From positions 2,368,520 through 2,432,519 of the forward strand of contig OY764542.1 of NCBI GenBank assembly GCA_963668465.1: DNA of 64,000 bases, written 5' to 3'. How positions within the stretch are numbered: position 1 is the first letter of the stretch; the number at the start of each line of letters is the position of its first letter. The notes under the pieces are model-generated. The model was not told where the DNA came from. It made no database searches and saw only the letters and a program-made list of their open reading frames with translations. The translations under genes were made by a program, and so were the position numbers. This stretch comes from Dehalococcoidia bacterium. GTDB lineage: Bacteria > Chloroflexota > Dehalococcoidia > Lucifugimonadales > Australimonadaceae. Positions 36,066-45,745 of this stretch are shown here, piece after piece.

Positions 36066-36860
36066 ATGTTGGACCGTCTGGAAAGCGCCCTGTCCCGCGC
36101 GCGGGGCGAAGGACGCATCGCCGTCGCGCCCTACGTCACCATCGGGTTCCCTTCGATAGAGGACACGCTCGCGATCATCCCCGCGATCGAACAGGCGGGA
36201 GCGGATATGGTCGAACTCGGCGTGCCGTACAGCGACCCGCTCGCGGACGGTCCCACGATACAGGCCGCGAGCTACCGCGCGCTGACCGGCGGTGTGGACA
36301 CCCAGGCCTGCCTGGAGACAGCGCGACGCCTTCGGGATGCGGGGGTAAGCCTGCCGCTCATCTTCATGGGCTACTACAACCCCATCCTGCGCTACGGCAT
36401 CGCCAAATACGCCGCAGACTGTGCGGAGGCCGGAGTGGATGCGCTCATCATCCCCGACCTGCCGCCAGACGAGGCGGGCGAACTGCGCGAGGCGCTGGAA
36501 CAGCACGGCCTGGGCATCGTGAGCATGCTCGCGCCCACCAGCACCGAGGAGCGCATCATGCTCGGCTGCGAGTACGCGAGGGGGTTCGTCTACTGCGTCA
36601 GCGTCACCGGCGTGACGGGTGCACGGAGCGACCTGCCCGACGACTTCCCGGAGTTCGTTGCCCGCGTGAGGCAGCACACGCAGCTGCCCGTGGGCGTCGG
36701 CTTCGGCATCGCCGAACGGCGGCACGTGGAGCGGGTGGGGCAGGTCGCGGACATCGCGTTCGTTGGAAGCGCGCTCATCAACGTGATAGATTCCGCCCCG
36801 CCCGGCGAGGCAGCCTCCCGGGCTGGAGCGTTCATACGGGAGCTATCCGCAGCGCAGTGA
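36066..36860 (+). CDS. trpA: Tryptophan synthase alpha chain
   Basis: APYVTIGFPS, ADMVELGVPYSDPLADGPTIQAAS, FVYCVSVTGVTG, VGFGI. Confidence 0.92.
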   Translation: MLDRLESALSRARGEGRIAVAPYVTIGFPSIEDTLAIIPAIEQAGADMVELGVPYSDPLADGPTIQAASYRALTGGVDTQACLETARRLRDAGVSLPLIFMGYYNPILRYGIAKYAADCAEAGVDALIIPDLPPDEAGELREALEQHGLGIVSMLAPTSTEERIMLGCEYARGFVYCVSVTGVTGARSDLPDDFPEFVARVRQHTQLPVGVGFGIAERRHVERVGQVADIAFVGSALINVIDSAPPGEAASRAGAFIRELSAAQ

Positions 36861-36914
36861 CCCGGTGCCACCATCCAAAGGAGTCCGCTCATCCTGAGCC
36901 TGTCGAAGGACGAC

Positions 36915-37004
36915 ATGGGATTTCACGTGTACCTTCTCCATTGTGCTGACGGCTCGTACTACACGGGACACACTGACAACCTGGAAGCAAGGTTGTCAGG
37001 ATGA
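36915..37004 (+). pseudogene. Truncated GIY-YIG nuclease gene remnant (first ~29 codons only)
   Basis: MGFHVYLLHCADGSYYTGHTDNLEARLSG* carries the GIY (HVY) and YIG (YYTG) motifs, then stops. It is bracketed by a 13-bp inverted repeat CCGCTCATCCTGA at 36885-36897 and 36996-37008. Confidence 0.6.
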
Positions 37005-37035
37005 GCGGAGAATAAGGAAGACCCAGGACAACACA

Positions 37036-37401
37036 ATGCCAACCTTTGGACTGCGCGGCGCAACGACAGCCGACGCCAACACGCCCGAGGCGATCCTCGA
37101 CGCCACGGAGGAGTTGTTACGCGAGCTTACGGCAGCCAATGACCTTGCCGAGGAGGACATAGGCGCAGTATTCTTTACCGTAACTCCAGACCTCACCGCG
37201 GAGTTCCCGGCCAAAGCGGCGCGCTTACGGCTGGGTTGGGAGCAGACGGCGCTCATGGACAGTTGCCAGATTCCGGTGCCGGGTGCGCCGGAGTCCGTGA
37301 TTCGAGTGCTCCTGCTCCTGAATACGGAGAAGCGGAAAGAGGACCTGCAGTACGTCTACATGAAGGGCGCCCATGCATTGCGGTCGCCCGACAGCGAATG
37401 A
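37036..37401 (+). CDS. aroH: Chorismate mutase, AroH class
   Basis: FGLRGATTADANTPEAIL..., VFFTVTPDLTAEFPAKAARL.GWE, and IRVLLLLNT, colinear with the Bacillus AroH pattern. Confidence 0.85.
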   Translation: MPTFGLRGATTADANTPEAILDATEELLRELTAANDLAEEDIGAVFFTVTPDLTAEFPAKAARLRLGWEQTALMDSCQIPVPGAPESVIRVLLLLNTEKRKEDLQYVYMKGAHALRSPDSE

Positions 37402-37455
37402 ACCGGCGGAGGGAGATGCGCACAACGCTCGCAACCGAGCCCCGCATCCGTGGCG

Positions 37456-37493
37456 TCCGGGCCCTCGACGGGACCCGGCGGTTCTTTCTGTTT
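37456..37493 (+). terminator. Candidate intrinsic terminator after aroH
   Basis: tccgggccc-tcgac-gggacccgg followed by cggTTCTTTCTGTTT. Confidence 0.4.
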
Positions 37494-37586
37494 ACGCGGC
37501 GGGGCAGCGCCAGCTACAGCTATCGCTAGGCTCCGCTTTCGTTCTTTCGCCTTCCGCATTGCCAGACAGAGAAAGGGGATTGCGTC

Positions 37587-38648
37587 ATGGCGCGTTCCGT
37601 TACCGACCTGCACATCAAATCGATAGAACCCCTCGCTCCACCCGAGGAACTCCAGCGCAAACTGCCGCTCACGCCCGCGATGGCGCAGACCGTCGCCGAA
37701 GGGCGGGACCAGGTGGAGCGCATACTGACCGGCCAGGACCCCCGCCTGCTCGTCATCACCGGGCCGTGCTCGATCCACGACGAGAAGGCCGCGCTCGAAT
37801 ACGCCAGCAGACTGGGCGAACTTGCCTCGCAGGTGAGCGATTCGCTCCTCATCATCATGCGCGTCTACTTCGAGAAGCCGCGGACCAGCCTCGGTTGGAA
37901 GGGCCTCATCAACGACCCGAACCTCGACGGCTCGTTCGACATATCGAGCGGCCTCTACCGCGCGCGAAGGCTGCTCATGCAGCTCGCTGAGATAGGCGTG
38001 CTGTCCGGGACCGAGTTCCTGGACCCCATCACCCCGCAGTACCTCGCCGACCTCGTGTCCTGGGCCGCCATCGGGGCGCGCACGACCGAGAGCCAGACGC
38101 ACCGGGAGATGGCCAGCGGGCTGAGCATGCCCGTGGGGTTCAAGAACGGCACGGACGGCAACTCCCAGATCGCCATCGACGCGATGAAGACTGCCCGCGC
38201 GCCGCACTCTTTTCTCGGGATAGACCGGCAGGGCCGCACCTGCATCGTCAACACGAATGGCAACCTCTACGGCCACCTCATCCTGCGCGGCGGCACCGGC
38301 GGCCCCAACTACACCGAGGCCAGCGTGCGGGACGTGCAGGCGAAGCTGGAGGGGGCGGGACTGCCCCCGCGCATCATGGTCGACTGCTCCCATGCCAACT
38401 CCGAGAAGGACCACAACCGGCAGCCCATCGCCTTCCGAGACGTGGTGCGCCAGCGCCGTGCCGGCAACGACCTCATCGTCGGCCTCATGGCGGAGAGCCA
38501 CCTCTTCGGCGGACGGCAGGACCTCGGCGACGACCCGTCGCAGCTCCAGTACGGCGTCTCCATCACGGACGCCTGCATGGACTGGGAGGAGACAGCTGCC
38601 ATGCTCATGGAGGCGCACGAGGCACTCGCTGTCGAGCCCGTGGCCTGA
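37587..38648 (+). CDS. 3-deoxy-7-phosphoheptulonate (DAHP) synthase, class I
   Basis: LLVITGPCSIHD, YFEKPRTSLGWKGLINDP, GARTTESQTHREMASGLS, MVDCSHANS. Confidence 0.92.
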   Translation: MARSVTDLHIKSIEPLAPPEELQRKLPLTPAMAQTVAEGRDQVERILTGQDPRLLVITGPCSIHDEKAALEYASRLGELASQVSDSLLIIMRVYFEKPRTSLGWKGLINDPNLDGSFDISSGLYRARRLLMQLAEIGVLSGTEFLDPITPQYLADLVSWAAIGARTTESQTHREMASGLSMPVGFKNGTDGNSQIAIDAMKTARAPHSFLGIDRQGRTCIVNTNGNLYGHLILRGGTGGPNYTEASVRDVQAKLEGAGLPPRIMVDCSHANSEKDHNRQPIAFRDVVRQRRAGNDLIVGLMAESHLFGGRQDLGDDPSQLQYGVSITDACMDWEETAAMLMEAHEALAVEPVA

Positions 38649-38668
38649 CCCTCGAGTGGAGCGCCTTC

Positions 38669-39613
38669 GTGCCCGACCTCTGTGAGGAGCTGACCGCATA
38701 CCGGCCGGACCGGCCCGCGGCTGTCGCGTTCGGCGTGTTCGACGGCGTGCACCTGGGGCACCGGCACGTGCTCGCCACGCTGGTCACTGCGGCAGAGCAG
38801 CGCGGACTCGATCCCGTGGCGGTTACGCTTTCCAACCACCCGTTCTCCGTGCTTCGCCCTGACGTGCAGGTGCGGATGCTCACCCCGTTGGACGAGCGCC
38901 TCAGCCTCCTCGCGGAGTGCGGCGTCGAGGCGGTCGTGCCCATCACGTTCACGAAAGAGGTGTCGCTGCTCACGCCCCGCGAGTTCATGACCAGCCTGAG
39001 GGACTGCCTCGGCATGGTCTACTTCGCCGCCGGACCGGACGTCACGCTCGGGCACAACCGGGAGGGAACGCTCCCTGTACTCACCGCACTGGGAGAGGAA
39101 CTCGGATACACAATGGAGTGCGTCGAGCAGTTCACCCAGGACGGTGCCCCCGCCCGCAGCACTGCCGTGCGGCAGGCGCTGGACGCGGGCGACGTCGCAC
39201 TCGCCGCGCGGATGCTGGGACGGGCGTTCTCGCTCGACGGCCCCGTCGTCGAGGGCGAGCGCAGGGGCGGCGGGCTGCTCGGCTACCCCACGGCGAACGT
39301 CGGGGTGGGGTCGCAACAGGCGGTCCCCGCGGACGGCATCTACGCCGCGTGGCTGTTGCACGGCACGGACCGCCTGCCAGCCGCCGTGAGCATCGGACAC
39401 AAGCCCACCTTCCACGAGGGCGGCCCGAGCGTCGTCGAGGCGTTCGTCCTCGATTTCGACGGCAATCTCTACGGTGAGCAGGTGAGGCTGGAGTTCATCG
39501 AACGCCTGCGCGGGCAGGAGAGGTTCGACAGCGCCGACGCCCTCATCGCCGCCATGCGCGACGACGTAGCGCGCACGAGGCATATCCTTGCGCTCCCGCA
39601 GGAGGCGTCCTGA
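38669..39613 (+). CDS. ribF: Bifunctional riboflavin kinase / FMN adenylyltransferase
   Basis: AFGVFDGVHLGHRHVL, GRAFSLDGPVVEGERRGGGLLGYPTANV and PTFHEG motifs. Confidence 0.9.
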   Translation: MPDLCEELTAYRPDRPAAVAFGVFDGVHLGHRHVLATLVTAAEQRGLDPVAVTLSNHPFSVLRPDVQVRMLTPLDERLSLLAECGVEAVVPITFTKEVSLLTPREFMTSLRDCLGMVYFAAGPDVTLGHNREGTLPVLTALGEELGYTMECVEQFTQDGAPARSTAVRQALDAGDVALAARMLGRAFSLDGPVVEGERRGGGLLGYPTANVGVGSQQAVPADGIYAAWLLHGTDRLPAAVSIGHKPTFHEGGPSVVEAFVLDFDGNLYGEQVRLEFIERLRGQERFDSADALIAAMRDDVARTRHILALPQEAS

Positions 39614-39615
39614 CC

Positions 39616-40851
39616 ATGCCCGCACTCGATCAGCAGACCATCGACCGCATCACGAAGCGCGGCGTCGCGCACATAATTCCGGAGGACGAGTTCATCAAGC
39701 GCCTGCAGGAGGGCAAGCCGCTCCGTCTCAAGATGGGGTTCGACCCCAGCAGGCCGGACCTGCACCTCGGCCACTACGTCGGACTTCGCAAACTGCGCCA
39801 ACTGCAGGACCTCGGCCACGAGCTCATCCTCATCGTCGGCGACTGGACGGCGCAGATCGGCGACCCATCCGGCCAGTCCGACACGCGCACCATGCTCAGC
39901 GCCGAGGACGTGCGCGAGAACGCTGAGACCTACATGCGGCAGTTCTTCAAGGTCGTTGACCCGGACAAGACGCGCGCCGTCTACCAGAGCGAATGGTTCG
40001 GGAAGTTCACCCTGGCCGACGTCATACGACTCACCGCGCACTTCACCGTCAACCAGTTCCTGCACCGCGACGACTTCGCCACGCGCTACGCCGCGCAGCG
40101 CCCCATCGCCGTCACTGAGATGCTCTACCCGCTGCTGCAGGCGTACGACTCCGTTGCCATCGAAGCGGACGTCGAGTTCGGGGGCACCGACCAGCTCTTC
40201 AACCTGCTGGTGGGACGCGAACTGCAGGAGAAGGTGGGGCAGCGGCCCCAGCTCGTCTTCACCATGCCCATCCTCCCCGGCACCGACGGCGTCCGCAAGA
40301 TGAGCAAGTCGCTCGACAACTACATCGCCCTCGATGACACGCCGCGCGACATGTTCGGCAAGGCCATGTCGCTCCCAGACGACCTGATCCCCCTCTACTT
40401 CGAGCTGTTGACCGACGTGCCTGACGACGAACTCGACGCCATCCGCGCAGCGATGAGCGGCAAGACAGGCGCGAACCCGATGGACGTGAAGAAGCGCCTG
40501 GGTGAGGAGCTCACCACGGTCTTCCACTCGCCGGAGGCCGCCGCCGCCGCCCGCGAGGAGTTCGAGCGTGTATTCCAGCGACGCGAGACGCCGGAGGACA
40601 TCCCGGAGGTTGCCGTCGACCTGACCGGCCCCGCCGTCGCGTCCCACGACGCCGACGGCTTCGACGCCGATCTCTCGCACCTGCTGCCCGCGCTCAACCT
40701 CGCCGCGAGCCGCAGCGAGGCGCGGCGCCTGCTGCAGCAGAATGCGGTGCAGATAGACGGCGAACGACCCGACGGCGAGCGCGTCCGCATCCCCTACGGC
40801 GCGCTGATCCGCGTCGGCAGCCGACGCTTCGCCCGCGTAATCCGCGGCTAG
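39616..40851 (+). CDS. tyrS: Tyrosine--tRNA ligase
   Basis: HIGH-type motif (DLHLGH), KMSKS present (KMSKSLDNYI), C-terminal S4-like domain. Starts 3 nt after ribF. Confidence 0.9.
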   Translation: MPALDQQTIDRITKRGVAHIIPEDEFIKRLQEGKPLRLKMGFDPSRPDLHLGHYVGLRKLRQLQDLGHELILIVGDWTAQIGDPSGQSDTRTMLSAEDVRENAETYMRQFFKVVDPDKTRAVYQSEWFGKFTLADVIRLTAHFTVNQFLHRDDFATRYAAQRPIAVTEMLYPLLQAYDSVAIEADVEFGGTDQLFNLLVGRELQEKVGQRPQLVFTMPILPGTDGVRKMSKSLDNYIALDDTPRDMFGKAMSLPDDLIPLYFELLTDVPDDELDAIRAAMSGKTGANPMDVKKRLGEELTTVFHSPEAAAAAREEFERVFQRRETPEDIPEVAVDLTGPAVASHDADGFDADLSHLLPALNLAASRSEARRLLQQNAVQIDGERPDGERVRIPYGALIRVGSRRFARVIRG

Positions 40852-40867
40852 TCTGCGCCCACGCTTC

Positions 40868-43498
40868 CTACAGCGGACCGAACCGCCGAACGACCAGCTT
40901 CCCGGTGACGATCGTTGCGGCGAAGCCCACCAGCAGCCCTGCCAGCAGGATGCCCCACTGCTCCAGTCCCAGAGGCACAGTGTCGAACGCAGCGCTGCCT
41001 ATGGGCGTGTAGAGGATCACTGCCTGCATGAGCAGACTCACGGTCACGGATGCCCAGAGCCACCGGTTCGTGCAGACCGGCATCCCTTCCTGGACCCGGA
41101 TGACCAGCAACCGCAGGTACTCCTGAACGACGAAGCCGGTGAACGTCATCGTCCGGGCGGTCTCCAGGTCCCACAGCCGTAGCCCGACGAAGAACGTGGT
41201 GACGAGGATGATCGTCATGACCACACCGACACTACCGACGAGCGCGGCCATCGAGCGCCCCAGCACTGCGCCGTGACGCGGAGGCTCGCGCATCGCTCCC
41301 TGCGGCGCCGGGTCCGACGCCAGCGCGACGGCGGGGCCGGAGTCCGTGACGAGGTTGATCCACAGGATCTGCACGGCGGTCACCGGCAGGTAGCCGAATA
41401 CGGTTGCCACCAGGATGACGAGCACCTCGGCGAGGTTGCCCGTGAGCATGTAGTTCACGAACTTCTTGATGTTCCGGAATATCCGGCGGCCTTCCTCGAC
41501 GGCGGCGACGATGGTCGCGAGGTTGTCGTCGAGCAGCACCATGTCCGACGTGTCGCGGGCGACGTCCGTGCCCTTGATGCCCATCGCGACGCCCACGTCT
41601 GCGTTGTGCAGGGCAGGGGCGTCGTTCACACCGTCGCCCGTCATCAGCACGACGTCGTGCTTCTCCTTGAGCGTGCGGAGGATGAGCACCTTGTGGCGCG
41701 GCTCTGCCCGCGCGAAGATGCTCGTTTCGTCGATGACGCGCTTGAGCTCCGCCTCGTCCAGCCCATCGAGCTCCTTCGCCTCGATGGCCTCCCCGTCCAG
41801 CCCCACTTCCTTGCCGATCGCCGCCGCCGTCAGGCTGTTGTCGCCCGTGATCATCACGACGCGGATGCCGGCCCGGTGCGCCGCTTCGATGGCGTGCACG
41901 GCTTCCGGCCTCGGTGGGTCGCTCATCGCCCCCAGCGCGGCGAACGTCAGCCCCTCCTCGACTATCGGCGCGTCGGCGGGCTGCTCCTTGTACGCGAGTG
42001 CCAGCACCCGCAGCGCCTGCCCCGCCAGCCTGGTGTTCTGCTCCAGCAGCGCGGTGCGCTCCGCGTCGCTCAGCGGCGACACGCCGTCGGGTGTCTGGAT
42101 GCTCGTGCAGAGGGGGAGGACTGCTTCCAGCGCGCCCTTCGTAAGCAGCAGACCGTCGGCGGCCACGGGGTGTTGGACGGCCACCGACATCATCCGCCGC
42201 TCGGACGTGAACGGGACCTCGCCTGTGCGCTCGTACTCGCCCAGCGGCGCTCCGGCGCGCTCCGCGAACTCGAGCAGCGCCGTCTCCGTCGGGTCGCCCA
42301 CGTAGCCGTGCTCAGGGTGCCGCTGCGCGTTGTTGCACAGCCCGGCGACCAGCAGCGACACCGCCAATGGCTCCGCGTGAGCACCGGGCGTGATGTCGTG
42401 CGCGTCCAGCTCCCCGGAGAGCGTCGCCACCCGGCGCATCGTCATACGCCCTTCCGTGACGGTGCCCGTCTTGTCGGTGCAGATGACCTCTGCCGCGCCG
42501 ACGATCTCCACGACCGGCAGCGAGCGCACGAGCGCCCTTCGCTCCAGCATCCGGCGCGTGCCGAACGCGAGTGCGAGCGTGAGGACGACCGGCAGCCCTT
42601 CCGGCACAGCCGCGACGGCAAGGGCGACGGCGGTGATGAACGTTTCGAGCAGGCTCAGGTCGCCGGTCACCAGTTGCAGCACGACGACGATGCCGATGAG
42701 CACCGCGACGGCCCAGCCGATACGCCTCGCCAGACGGGCAACCTCGCGCTGGAAGACGGTCGGCTCGCTCTCCGTCGTCTGCACCTCGGCAGCGATGCCG
42801 CCGACCTCCGTCTGCATGCCGGTGCTTGCCACCAGCATCCGCCCCCGGCCGCGCATCACGACCGTGCCGCTGTACGCCATGTTGAACCGCTCAGCGAGCG
42901 ACGCGTCGGCGGAGACGGGTTGCGTGCTCTTGCGGACAGGCAGGCTCTCGCCGGTGAGCGCGGCTTCGTCGACGCTCAGGTCGATGCTGCGGATGACTCG
43001 CCCGTCGGCGGGGATGCGCGAGCCTTCCTCCAGCAGCACGACGTCGCCGGGAACGAGCACTTTGGCGTCCACCTGCTCCGCCACACCGTCGCGCAGCACC
43101 GTTGCGGAAGGGGCGGCGAGCCGGTTCAGCGACTCGATGCCCCGGCTCGCGCGGTAGTTCTGCGTGAAGCCGAGGCACGCGTTCAGCACAACGATGAGCG
43201 CGATGAGCCCGGCGTCGATGTAGTGGTCGGACTCCTCTGCGATGAGCGCAACGCCCAACAGCACCGCCGCCGCGCCGATGAGCACGAGGACGAGCGGGCT
43301 GCGGAACTCGTCCAGCAGCAGTTTGAGCGCGGACACAGGGGGAGCGCCGGTCAGTTGGTTCGGCCCATACGTGGCGAGGCGCGCTGATGCCTCCCCGGAT
43401 GACAGTCCGGAGGCTGAGGACGCGAGGCCTTCGAGGGCGTCCTCCACGGACGAACTGTGCCAGGATGCCTGGGGAGTGTCCTCGACCGGGGCCTGCAT
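40868..43498 (-). CDS. Cation-transporting P-type ATPase, type II (Ca2+/Mg2+-like)
   Basis: Cation_ATPase_N-like start (SVEDALEGL...GLSSGEASARLATYGPNQL), [29 protein letters not shown]. Start set at MQAPVED (43498). Confidence 0.88.
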   Translation of the reverse strand: MQAPVEDTPQASWHSSSVEDALEGLASSASGLSSGEASARLATYGPNQLTGAPPVSALKLLLDEFRSPLVLVLIGAAAVLLGVALIAEESDHYIDAGLIALIVVLNACLGFTQNYRASRGIESLNRLAAPSATVLRDGVAEQVDAKVLVPGDVVLLEEGSRIPADGRVIRSIDLSVDEAALTGESLPVRKSTQPVSADASLAERFNMAYSGTVVMRGRGRMLVASTGMQTEVGGIAAEVQTTESEPTVFQREVARLARRIGWAVAVLIGIVVVLQLVTGDLSLLETFITAVALAVAAVPEGLPVVLTLALAFGTRRMLERRALVRSLPVVEIVGAAEVICTDKTGTVTEGRMTMRRVATLSGELDAHDITPGAHAEPLAVSLLVAGLCNNAQRHPEHGYVGDPTETALLEFAERAGAPLGEYERTGEVPFTSERRMMSVAVQHPVAADGLLLTKGALEAVLPLCTSIQTPDGVSPLSDAERTALLEQNTRLAGQALRVLALAYKEQPADAPIVEEGLTFAALGAMSDPPRPEAVHAIEAAHRAGIRVVMITGDNSLTAAAIGKEVGLDGEAIEAKELDGLDEAELKRVIDETSIFARAEPRHKVLILRTLKEKHDVVLMTGDGVNDAPALHNADVGVAMGIKGTDVARDTSDMVLLDDNLATIVAAVEEGRRIFRNIKKFVNYMLTGNLAEVLVILVATVFGYLPVTAVQILWINLVTDSGPAVALASDPAPQGAMREPPRHGAVLGRSMAALVGSVGVVMTIILVTTFFVGLRLWDLETARTMTFTGFVVQEYLRLLVIRVQEGMPVCTNRWLWASVTVSLLMQAVILYTPIGSAAFDTVPLGLEQWGILLAGLLVGFAATIVTGKLVVRRFGPL

Positions 43499-43662
43499 GC
43501 CGGAGATTATATCCGGGCGCCATTGACGCGCCGTTGAAGGTTCGTTAAGGAGCGTTATCGAATATCGTCGGAAGAGGTGGCGCTGCGCCTCCTCCGGTTG
43601 ACCTCCCGCCCGGCGCTTGGCACACTCGCGGCTGGCCGGATGCACGGCCATGGAGGAACCCC

Positions 43663-44586
43663 TTGCGCATCGGCGTGCCCGACCTCGTCTCGAACTCGTA
43701 TTTCCCTGCAATCGCAGCCGTCGACCTCGGTGCGTTCGAGGCCGAGGGCTTCGAGGCCGACATCGAACTCGTCTTCCCCATCACACGGGCGATGGAGATG
43801 CTGCGCGACGGCGAGCTCGACTACGTGGCGGGCTCGGCGCACGCGGTCCTGACGGCGTTCCCCCGGTGGGAACGCGCATCGCTGCTTGCCGCGCTCGCCC
43901 AGCACATGTACTGGTTCCTCGTGCTCAGGAGCGACCTCGGCGCGCAACGCGGCGACATCGAGGCCGTGAAGGGCCTCCGCATCGGAGCGGCGCCCGGCCC
44001 CCGGGATGGGCTGGAGCAGATGCTCCGCGAAGCCGGCATCGACCCGGAGCGCGACGGCGTGAGCATCGGCCCCGTGCCGGGTGCGACTGGCTCCGGCGTA
44101 TCGTTCGGGGTGCAGGCGGCGAGGGCGCTGGCAGAGGGCGCGATAGACGGCTTCTGGGCGAACGGCATGGGCACGGAGGTCGCCGTTCGCTCGGGGGCGG
44201 GCAGCGTCGTGCTCGATGTGCGGCGCGGCGACGGCCCTTCCGCGGCTCGCGGCTATACATTCCCCGCGTTCGTGACCACCGACCGCAGGATCGCCGAACA
44301 GCCGGACGAGACCGCCGCCGCAGTGCGCGCCATCGTGTCCGCGCAGCGTATGCTGAAGGCCGATTCGTCACAGGCAACTGCGGTTGGCGAGAAGCGCTTC
44401 CCCGCGCAGGAGGCAGGGCTGATCGCAGAACTGATCGAGCGCGATTTGCCGTACTACGACCCGTCGATAACGGAGGGGACGGTCGAGCGGATGAACGGGT
44501 TCGCCCGGCAGATGGGACTGCTCGACGCTCCCGTGCCATACGCACAGGTCGTGGCGACTGGGTCCGCCGGGTTCTGGACGTCTTAA
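43663..44586 (+). CDS. NMT1/THI5-like (SsuA-type) substrate-binding-fold protein, no signal peptide
   Basis: TTG start 5 nt after GGAGGA. MRIGVPDLVSNSYFPAIAAV..., GLRIGAAPG, and DGFWANG resemble nitrate/sulfonate/bicarbonate-type binding proteins. Confidence 0.55.
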   Translation: MRIGVPDLVSNSYFPAIAAVDLGAFEAEGFEADIELVFPITRAMEMLRDGELDYVAGSAHAVLTAFPRWERASLLAALAQHMYWFLVLRSDLGAQRGDIEAVKGLRIGAAPGPRDGLEQMLREAGIDPERDGVSIGPVPGATGSGVSFGVQAARALAEGAIDGFWANGMGTEVAVRSGAGSVVLDVRRGDGPSAARGYTFPAFVTTDRRIAEQPDETAAAVRAIVSAQRMLKADSSQATAVGEKRFPAQEAGLIAELIERDLPYYDPSITEGTVERMNGFARQMGLLDAPVPYAQVVATGSAGFWTS

Positions 44587-44602
44587 GAGTTGTAAGAGAG
44601 GA

Positions 44603-44953
44603 GTGAACGTGGCGAAACCTGAGTTGGAGTTCTTCGACCCCTCGGACATCCCGAGCGAGCCCATCCCGCCGGTGGAGGGCCTCAGCCAGCAGATACTCTC
44701 GCGCGACGAGGTGAGCGGCGACTACACGCGCCTGCTCCGCTTTGAGCCGGGCACGGACACCTCGGCGATGGGCCCGCAAGTCCATGACTTCTGGGAGGAG
44801 GTCTGGATCATCGAGGGCAGCATCCACGACATCCCGCTGAACCAGACGTTCACTGCTGGCATGTACGCCTGCCGCCCGCCCGGCATGCCCCATGGCCCCT
44901 GGATATCGCCAGACGGCTGCCGGACATTCGAGGTGCGGCACTATGAACGCTAA
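44603..44953 (+). CDS. Cupin-domain protein
   Basis: HDFWEEVWIIEGSIHD...GMYACRPPGMPHGP cupin motifs. GTG at 44609 has better spacing to AGGAG than GTG at 44603. Confidence 0.65.
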   Translation: MNVAKPELEFFDPSDIPSEPIPPVEGLSQQILSRDEVSGDYTRLLRFEPGTDTSAMGPQVHDFWEEVWIIEGSIHDIPLNQTFTAGMYACRPPGMPHGPWISPDGCRTFEVRHYER

Positions 44954-45665
44954 CGGAACAGAAGCAACGAAGAGACCCAGCCGGATGCTCACGCTCGACC
45001 ACGCGGGGTCGCCGATGCGATTCCTCGCGCGCAGGCTGCTCGCCGGTGGCTACACGGGCCGCGACCCTGCGGCGGTCGAGGAACACATCGCCGAGCTTGC
45101 GCTTCTGGGCGTGCCGCGCCCGGCGCACGTGCCGTGGATATTCGTTGCGAACCCGCAGGTGCTGCAGGTGGACGGGACGGTCTACGCGTACGACGGCACG
45201 TCGTCCGGCGAGGCCGAGTACGTGCTGCTCATCGGCAGGGACGACATCTTCGTCTGCATCGGCAGCGACCACACCGACCGCGGCCTCGAGAGCCTCTCCA
45301 TCGAGAAGTCCAAGCAGATCTACCCCAAGATACTGAGCAGGCAGGTCTGGCGCCTCGACGACCTCCTGCCCCGCTGGGACGACCTGCGCCTCCGCAGCCG
45401 CGTCGCCGAGGGCGGCGAACCGGAGGACTACCAGGACGGAACGCTCTCCCAGCTCATGCGCCCCGAGCGGCTGCTCGATCTCGTCGGCCCTGACCCCGGC
45501 GCAGGCACCGCCGTCTTCTCCGGCACGCTGCCGGTACTCGGCGGCAACGTCCGCCCTGCCCCCCGCTTCGAAGCGGAGCTCTTCGACACGGACGGGACCC
45601 CGCTCGCATCGCTCGGCTACGACGTCGTGGCGCTGCAACAGCAGGTGCAACCCGACGAACGGTGA
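44943..45665 (+). CDS. DUF2848-like protein
   Basis: GYTGRDPAAVEEHIAELALLGVP...SGEAEYVLLIG...IGSDHTDRGLE pattern, recalled from memory. ATG overlaps the cupin stop. Confidence 0.5.
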   Translation: MNANGTEATKRPSRMLTLDHAGSPMRFLARRLLAGGYTGRDPAAVEEHIAELALLGVPRPAHVPWIFVANPQVLQVDGTVYAYDGTSSGEAEYVLLIGRDDIFVCIGSDHTDRGLESLSIEKSKQIYPKILSRQVWRLDDLLPRWDDLRLRSRVAEGGEPEDYQDGTLSQLMRPERLLDLVGPDPGAGTAVFSGTLPVLGGNVRPAPRFEAELFDTDGTPLASLGYDVVALQQQVQPDER

Positions 45666-45718
45666 GGGGCCTGCGTCCGCTTCAGGCGCTGGCCACCTGC
45701 CGTCCGCGCTGCGGCGGG

Positions 45719-45745
45719 TATTCACCGCATATTCTGCGGTGAATA
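45719..45745. repeat. Perfect 11-bp inverted repeat (hairpin or operator)
   Basis: TATTCACCGCA-tattc-TGCGGTGAATA, 54 nt downstream of the DUF2848 stop, with no U tract. Confidence 0.8.

Noticed and set aside
36943-37401. 152-aa version of the chorismate mutase ORF
   Set aside because: The first 31 codons run through the GIY-YIG remnant and the repeat. AroH-type proteins begin right before the RGATT motif, so the start was set at 37036.
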